Below are positions 25,957 through 32,000 of a DNA stretch of 32,000 nt, one piece after another. The first letter of the stretch is position 1. Each line of letters starts with the position of its first letter. The DNA comes from Schaalia meyeri (GTDB lineage Bacteria > Actinomycetota > Actinomycetes > Actinomycetales > Actinomycetaceae). Under the pieces are notes generated by a model. That model was given only the letters and a program-made list of their open reading frames with translations. It did no database searches and had not been told where the DNA came from. The stretch is taken from assembly GCF_900105015.1 (NCBI RefSeq), contig NZ_FNLK01000005.1:30001-62000 (forward strand), written 5' to 3'. The position numbers and the translations under genes are program-made.

Positions 25957-27236
25957 GCCTGGAGATGACAACGCTGATGGGCCCAGGCGTTGAAGAGGAC
26001 AGCGTGTTCTCTCTGACCGGGGATGCCGCCCTGCGCTCCAGCCTGGACGCATGCGTCAAATGCACGATCTGTGAGACGCAGTGCCCGGTCATGCGCGTCA
26101 CCGACCTGTTTGGCGGACCGAAGTACTCGGGTCCCCAAGCCGAACGCTTCCGCAAGAACGGGCAGATGGTGGACAAATCCATCGACTATTGCTCCTCGTG
26201 CGGCACCTGCTCACTCGTGTGCCCGCAGGGCGTGAAAGTCACCGAGCTGATCCACCACAGGCGCACCGCCATGAAGGAAGCCCACGGAATCCCGATGCGC
26301 GACCGGCTCATCGGCCGTACCTCCCTGATCGGTACTATGATGACCCCGGTCGCTCCCATCGCGAACTGGGCACTGGACGTTAAGCCGGTCCGCGTGGCCA
26401 TGGAGGCGATCATTGGCGTGCACCGAGCCGCGCCGATGCCCCGCGCCTATGGGCGCACATTCGAGTCCTGGTTCAAGAAACACACGCCCCTGCCCACCTC
26501 CGGCACTCGCGGCCAAGTGATCTTCTTCCACGGGTGCGCCGGTCAGTACTTCGAGGTAGAGACCTCCATCCACTCGGTCCTGGTCCTGGAGCACCTGGGA
26601 TACGAGGTCCTGGTCCCCAAGCACGGCTGCTGCGGGTTAGCGCTTCAGTCCAATGGCCTCTACGACGACGCGCGCAAGTACGTCTCGAAGCTGACGAAGG
26701 ACCTGCGGGTAGCCAACCGCGATGCGCCCATCATTTCCGCCTCGGGTTCCTGTGGCGGAATGCTACGCCACGAGGCCCACGAGATCCTGGAGATGGATAC
26801 CCCCGAACTGCGCGACGTGGGCTCCCGCACGTGGGACATCTGCGAGTTCCTGCTGCACCTGTACGACATGGGCGAGCTGGACACCAACTTTCAGCGCATT
26901 GAGGTTACCATCCCGTATCACGCACCCTGCCAGCTCAAGTCGCAGGGCCTGGGAAAGCCTGCGATCGAGCTGATGAGCCTGATCCCCGGCGTCACCGTGA
27001 AAGACTCCGAACAGCCGTGCTGCGGTATCGCGGGCACCTACGGTATGAAGAAGGAGAAGTATGCGATCGCCCAGGCCGTGGGCGCGCCCGTCTTTGATTT
27101 CATCAAGCAGGTGAACGCCGAGCTGGCGGCGTGCGACACGGAGACGTGCCGCTGGCAGCTGCGCACGGCGACGGGCGCGAACGTTGTTCACCCGATCTGG
27201 CTGATCCACAGGGCCTACGGCCTGCCGAATGGATAA
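25953..27236 (+). CDS. glpC: Anaerobic glycerol-3-phosphate dehydrogenase subunit C (Fe-S / CCG-domain subunit)
   Basis: ATG 25953 overlaps the glpB stop (ATGA). It has two ferredoxin-type clusters (CVKCTICETQCP and CSSCGTCSLVCP) and two CCG cysteine-rich domains (GCCG, PCCG). Confidence 0.9.
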   Translation: MSLEMTTLMGPGVEEDSVFSLTGDAALRSSLDACVKCTICETQCPVMRVTDLFGGPKYSGPQAERFRKNGQMVDKSIDYCSSCGTCSLVCPQGVKVTELIHHRRTAMKEAHGIPMRDRLIGRTSLIGTMMTPVAPIANWALDVKPVRVAMEAIIGVHRAAPMPRAYGRTFESWFKKHTPLPTSGTRGQVIFFHGCAGQYFEVETSIHSVLVLEHLGYEVLVPKHGCCGLALQSNGLYDDARKYVSKLTKDLRVANRDAPIISASGSCGGMLRHEAHEILEMDTPELRDVGSRTWDICEFLLHLYDMGELDTNFQRIEVTIPYHAPCQLKSQGLGKPAIELMSLIPGVTVKDSEQPCCGIAGTYGMKKEKYAIAQAVGAPVFDFIKQVNAELAACDTETCRWQLRTATGANVVHPIWLIHRAYGLPNG

Positions 27237-27320
27237 ATGGAGCCGATAGCCGCACACGAGCGGCGGAAACCGGGGGGCGGGACCCGCTTACGCGCTGCGA
27301 CAGGTGGGGGCGCGGCTGCG

Positions 27321-27349
27321 CTCGGGGCGCGAGAGCACGACGCCCCGAG
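27321..27349. terminator. GC-rich hairpin between convergent glpC and the TauE-family gene
   Basis: CTCGGGGCG (27321-27329) and CGCCCCGAG (27341-27349) form a 9-bp perfect stem with an 11-nt loop. No clear U-tract on either strand. Confidence 0.4.
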
Positions 27350-27403
27350 TCACGACGGGGCGTCGGTGCCCGTTTGCTTGCGCCGACGCTGACGCGCACG
27401 CAT

Positions 27404-28198
27404 TCATGCCAGGGTGGCCACCAGCGTCGATACGGCAACACCGACCAGGAGCGCCGCGAAGACCAACCCCAGCACCCGGTTTGACACCCGTTTGGTCAGG
27501 CGCGCCCCGGCGATTCCGCCGAGCATCGAAGCGCCGGCGAAGAGCGTGACCATCACCGCAGCCTCGGCCGTTATCGTGAGTGATCCTGACAGCGCGCGCG
27601 AGGCGAGCCCGAATGTCGAGGAGAGGACCATGACCAGCAGGGAAGTGGCAGCCGCGCGCTTGAACTGGTAACCCAGCGCCAGGTGCAGGGCTGGCACGAT
27701 CGCGAAGCCTCCGCCAACACCGAAGAACCCCGTGAGGAAACCCGTGAGCGTAGCCAGTGCTATGACCCTGACGACCGTGGAGGCGGCCGAGGGGTCGGCG
27801 CCCCTACTTGCCCCGGCCTCGCTGGTGGGGGATGGGGAGGGATGCAACTGGGAGCGCGCCATGAACACTGCGACAAAGCCGAGGAGCGTACAAAAAGCCA
27901 GCATGAGTGTGCGCGCCGAGACGAGGGATCCCAGGGTGGAGCCAGCCCAGGTGCCGACCAGGCCCGAGGCGGCAAAGAGAGTCCCCTCGCGCCACGCGAC
28001 CTGTCCGCCATGGGCGCGCGTCGCCAAGGATGCGGCGGCCGTGAGCCCGACAATGACGAGAGACAAGCCGGTTGCCTGATGCGGTTCTACTCCCAGGACG
28101 TAGACGAGAATCGGAACCGAGAGGATGCCGCCGCCGGCTCCCAGCGATCCGACGACGACGCCGACGAAGGCTCCGATGCAGAGCGCCTTAACGATCAC
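27404..28198 (-). CDS. TauE/SafE family sulfite/anion exporter-like membrane protein
   Basis: The track ORF 27404..28360 is over-extended into the upstream gene. GTG at 28198 overlaps the anSME stop (GTGA). The protein is polytopic with the duplicated Gly-rich TauE signature (GSLGAGGGILSVPILVYVLG and GFFGVGGGFAIVPAL). Confidence 0.85.
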   Translation of the reverse strand: MIVKALCIGAFVGVVVGSLGAGGGILSVPILVYVLGVEPHQATGLSLVIVGLTAAASLATRAHGGQVAWREGTLFAASGLVGTWAGSTLGSLVSARTLMLAFCTLLGFVAVFMARSQLHPSPSPTSEAGASRGADPSAASTVVRVIALATLTGFLTGFFGVGGGFAIVPALHLALGYQFKRAAATSLLVMVLSSTFGLASRALSGSLTITAEAAVMVTLFAGASMLGGIAGARLTKRVSNRVLGLVFAALLVGVAVSTLVATLA

Positions 28199-29469
28199 GG
28201 CGTCTCCCCTGCAGCGGTAGGACAGGGGATGCTTACTCCCAGCGACGAGGCGACGCGCGGCTTCATAATGTCCGAGGCGGGATAGCCCGCCGAGATCAGC
28301 ATGCCCATCGCTCTCAGTACCGGGGTAACGCGCTCGTAGAAGGTTCGGTATCCCGCGCACAGGTAGTTATGCTGTGCCCCTCCCGCGCGCGTCACGAAGC
28401 GATCCTTCGGGCACCCTCCCTGGCATAGGCGCAGGTGGGGGCAGGCCTGACATTCCTCGTCCAAGTCGGGCTTCAGGCGTGCGAAGTCTCGCATTCTCGA
28501 GGAGGAAGCAAGCTCGCTGAAGGAGGAGGTCTCAATGTTGCCGACCAGCCAGTTTGGTTCAACCCAGTGATCGCACGCGTACACGTCTCCGTTGAACTCC
28601 ATCGCCATGTTCGCCCCGCAGTGCGGCGCGTGCACGCACACCGACGCCGAGCCGAATAAGGCGGACAGGGTGGAGTCGAAGTCCTGAACGAACACCTCGC
28701 CCACGTCTGTGGCGAGCCACAAGTCAAACACGTCACGCAGGAAACGGCCGTACCCGCCCGGGGACGTCGACCGGCTCGTCACGCAGTCCCCGTCCTGGCG
28801 GTATAGCAGGGCGGAGGAACCCGAGCGCCAGCCGAGCTCCGCCTGGGCCAGGTCGGCCGCGCGCACGCGCTCAACGACCGGGATGAACTGCAGGTACCGG
28901 GCGCCAAGATCGTCGCGAAAGTAGCGGTAGACCCGCTCTCCGTGGTCCTCATTCGCGGCGTTGACCGTACACAGCACGTTCGTCTCCACACCCGCGCGCG
29001 CCAGAGCTTCCCATCCGCGCATGACCATTGCGTGAGTGCCCCGACCGCCACGGTTGAGACGGTACGCGTCGTGAAGGGCGGCTGGACCGTCGATCGACAC
29101 CCCCACGAGCACGTCGTGGCCGGCGAAGAAGCTCGCCCACTCGTCCGTGATCAGAGTCCCGTTGGTCTGTAGCGCATGCCGAACCCTCTGGCTGGGGCGC
29201 CTGTAACGCTCGCACAGCTCCATCGCGCGCTCAAAGAAGCCGAGCCCACGCAGGGTCGGTTCCCCGCCCTGCCAGAGCATGGTGACCTCGCCGTCGCCGC
29301 TGGATTCCAGGTAGGTACGCACGTAGCGATCCAGCGTCTGCTCCGACATCGCTTGCCCGCGCGCGTCGTAGAGCAGCTCCTTGGACAGGAAGAAACAGTA
29401 TCGGCAGTCCAAATTGCACGCAGCCCCCGTGGGCTTGACGACGACGGAGAAAGGGAGGGGGCTGCTCAT
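28195..29469 (-). CDS. Anaerobic sulfatase-maturating enzyme (radical SAM / SPASM formylglycine synthase)
   Basis: ATG 29469 (MSSPLPFSVVVKPTGAACNLDCRYCF) gives the CxxxCxxC radical-SAM cluster. The C-terminal SPASM motif is CQACPHLRLCQGGC. The track start at 29559 would overlap the sulfatase gene by 82 nt. Confidence 0.9.
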   Translation of the reverse strand: MSSPLPFSVVVKPTGAACNLDCRYCFFLSKELLYDARGQAMSEQTLDRYVRTYLESSGDGEVTMLWQGGEPTLRGLGFFERAMELCERYRRPSQRVRHALQTNGTLITDEWASFFAGHDVLVGVSIDGPAALHDAYRLNRGGRGTHAMVMRGWEALARAGVETNVLCTVNAANEDHGERVYRYFRDDLGARYLQFIPVVERVRAADLAQAELGWRSGSSALLYRQDGDCVTSRSTSPGGYGRFLRDVFDLWLATDVGEVFVQDFDSTLSALFGSASVCVHAPHCGANMAMEFNGDVYACDHWVEPNWLVGNIETSSFSELASSSRMRDFARLKPDLDEECQACPHLRLCQGGCPKDRFVTRAGGAQHNYLCAGYRTFYERVTPVLRAMGMLISAGYPASDIMKPRVASSLGVSIPCPTAAGETP

Positions 29470-29477
29470 GGGCGCGC

Positions 29478-30998
29478 CTACTCTGCTCCGACCTCGTCGA
29501 GGTCGGAGCGGGCCGTGTTGACCAGGGGAACGTCGAAGTCGGTCATCGCAGCCATCCACTTGGCGAAGGAATGATCCCCGCGCTCGCGCAGTTGCCGGTA
29601 GAGGTTCGTGGCCAGTTCGCGGCGAATCTCGTCGTAGATGGGAGAGGAGTACACGTTGTTCATCTCGGCGGGATCCAGGCGCAGGTCGTAGAGTTCGTTG
29701 ATTGACTCCGGATTGATGACAAGCTTGAAGTCACGGGTGCGCAGCATGCGCTGTTGGAGGGGGAAATGGTGGCCGTGGAACTCGCATACGATGTCCTGGC
29801 GCCACCCCTGGACCGCCTGGCCGCGAGTCAAGTCGATGATCGAGCGCCCGTCCTCCACGAGGGAGGTGTCTAATCCGGCAATGTCGAGGACGGTTGCAGG
29901 CAGGTCGATGAGTGAGACGAAAGCGTCGGAGCGGCCAACCGTCGACACGCCGGGGATGCGGGCGATGAAAGGCACGTTGTAGATATCGTCGTACATCATG
30001 GGGCCCTTGTCGTTGAGGCGGTGAGAACCCGTGAACTCCCCGTGGTCGGCGCAGAAGAACACGGCGGTGTCGTCCAGGACGCCCAGCTCGCGCGCCGCGT
30101 CCATGATGCGACCGATCTCGAAATCAATCATGGCCACATAGCCCCAGTAGGCGGCGATTAGTTTCTTCCACTGCTGGTTCGTGAACGAGGACGTGGACCA
30201 GTAGGTCGCGTAGTTGAGCTGGATGGGGGGCTTGCCGATCAGGGGGTCCCCGAAACTCTCCGGCAATTCGACGTCCGCCGGGTCGATCAGGTCGAACCAT
30301 TCGTCGGGCAGGAAGTAGGGCAGGTGCGGGCCGAAAAAGTGCACATCGAGGCAGAACGGCTGGCGCGAGTCCTTCCAATCGGCCGCGTACTCGCACAGCT
30401 TCTCGATGGCGCGGTCCGCGAGGAAGCGCTCGAACGTCGCCTCCTCGGGCTGGTCGAGGCGCGCGGCGATGACGTGTCCGTCGCGGCCGCCGGGTAGCTT
30501 TCCGCGCCACAGGTCGTGGGCGCGCACGGGGGGAAGACCGCGCTCGTTCAGCCAAGCCACGTACTTTTCGTTGGCGACGGGGTTCTCTGCGCCCCAGTAG
30601 GTGTCGTCGTCCGCGCCGAACTTGTCGGGCAGGTTGTATCCGCAGTGGTACTTTCCGACGATCCCGACGTTGTAACCGGCATCGCGCAGCTCCTGCGTGT
30701 ACGTCCACGTGCCTTCCGGGATCGACACCTGGTAGGCGATGTTCCACTCGGGGTTCGCCAACACCTGGTGTTTGCCCGGGCGTTTCCCCGTGAGCAGCGA
30801 GGCGCGGGCGGGAGTGCAGATCGCGGTGGGCGTGAAGCAGTGGGTGAAGGCGAATCCCGACTCGCCCATGGCGTCGATGGTCGGGGTATGTGCGTGCGGG
30901 TTCCCGAGGCAGCCGATCGTATCCGTGCGATGTTGATCGGTCATGATGACCAGGAAGTTGCGAACGGTGTCGGGAATATCCCGTGATGCGTGGGCCAT
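29478..30998 (-). CDS. Cys-type (formylglycine-dependent) sulfatase, no signal peptide
   Basis: N-terminal LVIMTDQHR metal-binding segment and the sulfatase signature CTPARASLLTGK (C-x-P-x-R). The N-terminus MAHASRDIPDTVRNF has no hydrophobic leader or twin-arginine motif. Confidence 0.9.
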   Translation of the reverse strand: MAHASRDIPDTVRNFLVIMTDQHRTDTIGCLGNPHAHTPTIDAMGESGFAFTHCFTPTAICTPARASLLTGKRPGKHQVLANPEWNIAYQVSIPEGTWTYTQELRDAGYNVGIVGKYHCGYNLPDKFGADDDTYWGAENPVANEKYVAWLNERGLPPVRAHDLWRGKLPGGRDGHVIAARLDQPEEATFERFLADRAIEKLCEYAADWKDSRQPFCLDVHFFGPHLPYFLPDEWFDLIDPADVELPESFGDPLIGKPPIQLNYATYWSTSSFTNQQWKKLIAAYWGYVAMIDFEIGRIMDAARELGVLDDTAVFFCADHGEFTGSHRLNDKGPMMYDDIYNVPFIARIPGVSTVGRSDAFVSLIDLPATVLDIAGLDTSLVEDGRSIIDLTRGQAVQGWRQDIVCEFHGHHFPLQQRMLRTRDFKLVINPESINELYDLRLDPAEMNNVYSSPIYDEIRRELATNLYRQLRERGDHSFAKWMAAMTDFDVPLVNTARSDLDEVGAE

Positions 30999-31138
30999 CG
31001 GTGGCTGCTCCTCCCAGGGTCTGCGGCCGAGGGCAGCCGCTCGTACTCTTTCCCTTCACCGTACGCGCCTCGTTTTGTGTCCGTGGTGCCGGACATAAAG
31101 AGAGGGTGTGATCTGTGCTACTGGTTTGGGTGGGGGTG

Positions 31139-31996
31139 TCACTTCGTCTGGACGACGAACTCCGGGTGAGGCGCGCTCGTCACCTCAACGGAATCCGCCT
31201 CGATGACCAGTGCCTTCGTCCCGCGCGCCCGAAGCGTTCCGCTCACTCGCACCCAGCTGTCCGCCTCAGGGGCGGTTCCGTCCCATCGCACAGCGAAACC
31301 AATTGCGTACGCGTCTGCGGCACAACACCAGATCGCCATGCGCGCCACCGCGAAGCTCTCTCGCTGCGTAATACGCGGAATCGATGCCTGCCCGCGCGCC
31401 GACTCGGTGCTCATCACGAAGCCGACGAGTTCGATATGTTGACCGTCGTGCGCCCGACCGTGAGAGGAAAGCTCCTCGACCTGCGCGAAGAAGTTGTCCG
31501 TCGTGAGCTCCAACGTTCCCGCCGACGAAGCCCCATCCCCGCTCCCGCCGCGATGGGGGTGAGGATCGGCGGAATCTGCGCTCCCATCCGCGTCGCTCCC
31601 AGAGTCGGTGGGGGGCTGGTCGGTGGAAGGGTCGGTGTCCGAAGCCGACTGCGCCTCGGTGTCGGCCGCGCGCGCGCCGAGAGGCGACGAGGCCAGCTCC
31701 GAAGGAGACACGTGGAAGGGGAGGAACAGGAGGACACTCGCCAAGAAAGCGACGAGCGCGCGCGCGAGGGCGCGCCGAGAGGAGCGCGAACCAGCGTGCT
31801 CTAAGTCGCCGGAGCCGACCGTGGAGGAGAGGGCCAACGAACACGCGAGCAGCAGCACCCCCGAGGCGACGATTCCGGGGCGCGTCGACGGTGGAACGAA
31901 GGACGCGTATTTGCCCGATAGGGACAGCCATAGAAGAGTCGCCCCCAGGCATGCCAGGGCCAGCGATTCGGCGGCGGAGGCAACGCGATCGATCAA
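31139..31996 (-). CDS. TIGR03943/DUF1980 family membrane protein (putative permease-complex subunit); the true start may lie at or beyond the window edge
   Basis: It has two N-terminal hydrophobic segments, an acidic Asp/Ser/Gly-rich linker, and a C-terminal domain with the family-typical CC motif (MAIWCCAADAYAIGF; Cys codons at 31322-31327). The track start is a TTG at 31996, and the frame is open to the edge. Confidence 0.7.
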   Translation of the reverse strand: MIDRVASAAESLALACLGATLLWLSLSGKYASFVPPSTRPGIVASGVLLLACSLALSSTVGSGDLEHAGSRSSRRALARALVAFLASVLLFLPFHVSPSELASSPLGARAADTEAQSASDTDPSTDQPPTDSGSDADGSADSADPHPHRGGSGDGASSAGTLELTTDNFFAQVEELSSHGRAHDGQHIELVGFVMSTESARGQASIPRITQRESFAVARMAIWCCAADAYAIGFAVRWDGTAPEADSWVRVSGTLRARGTKALVIEADSVEVTSAPHPEFVVQTK

Positions 31997-32000
31997 CTTC

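Noticed and set aside
31078-31095. TGTCCG-N6-CGGACA as a terminator for the DUF1980 gene
   Set aside because: The stem is only 6 bp, and on the transcribed (minus) strand it is followed by A residues rather than U residues. It is mentioned only as a possible operator.

Overview
High-GC actinobacterial chromosome segment. An Actinomyces/Schaalia-like member of the Actinomycetaceae is my guess, inferred from composition, gene order, an LAxTG sorting signal and a cell-wall-binding-repeat protein. Most of the window is core metabolism and translation. On the minus strand: cydA-cydB-cydD (cytochrome bd oxidase plus the start of its ABC exporter). On the plus strand: rne, rplU-rpmA, then a tightly coupled obgE-proB-proA-nadD-rsfS-histidine phosphatase string ending in tRNA-Ala(GGC) with an intrinsic terminator. 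On the minus strand: pepN and a pepO-like M13 peptidase. On the plus strand: anaerobic glpABC. On the minus strand: a sulfatase operon (Cys-type sulfatase, radical-SAM maturase anSME, TauE/SafE anion exporter) preceded by a DUF1980/TIGR03943 membrane protein. The only clearly accessory part is about 13.8-18.1 kb, between tRNA-Ala and pepN. It holds (1) about 1.1 kb with no credible ORF, carrying an iteron-like array of TGGATAGG sites around a 23-bp palindrome; (2) a secreted CAP/SCP-domain protein with an LAATG sortase signal whose reading frame is broken at a G7 homopolymer; and (3) a secreted protein made almost entirely of 20-aa cell-wall-binding repeats encoded by 60-bp DNA tandem repeats. 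I found no CRISPR array, no transposase or integrase, no rRNA, and no recognisable defence or toxin system. The most unusual items are the repeat-rich non-coding kilobase and the homopolymer-interrupted surface protein gene. Many long ORFs in the supplied track are antisense or alternative-frame shadows typical of high-GC DNA, and several track ORFs carry spurious N-terminal extensions that I trimmed.
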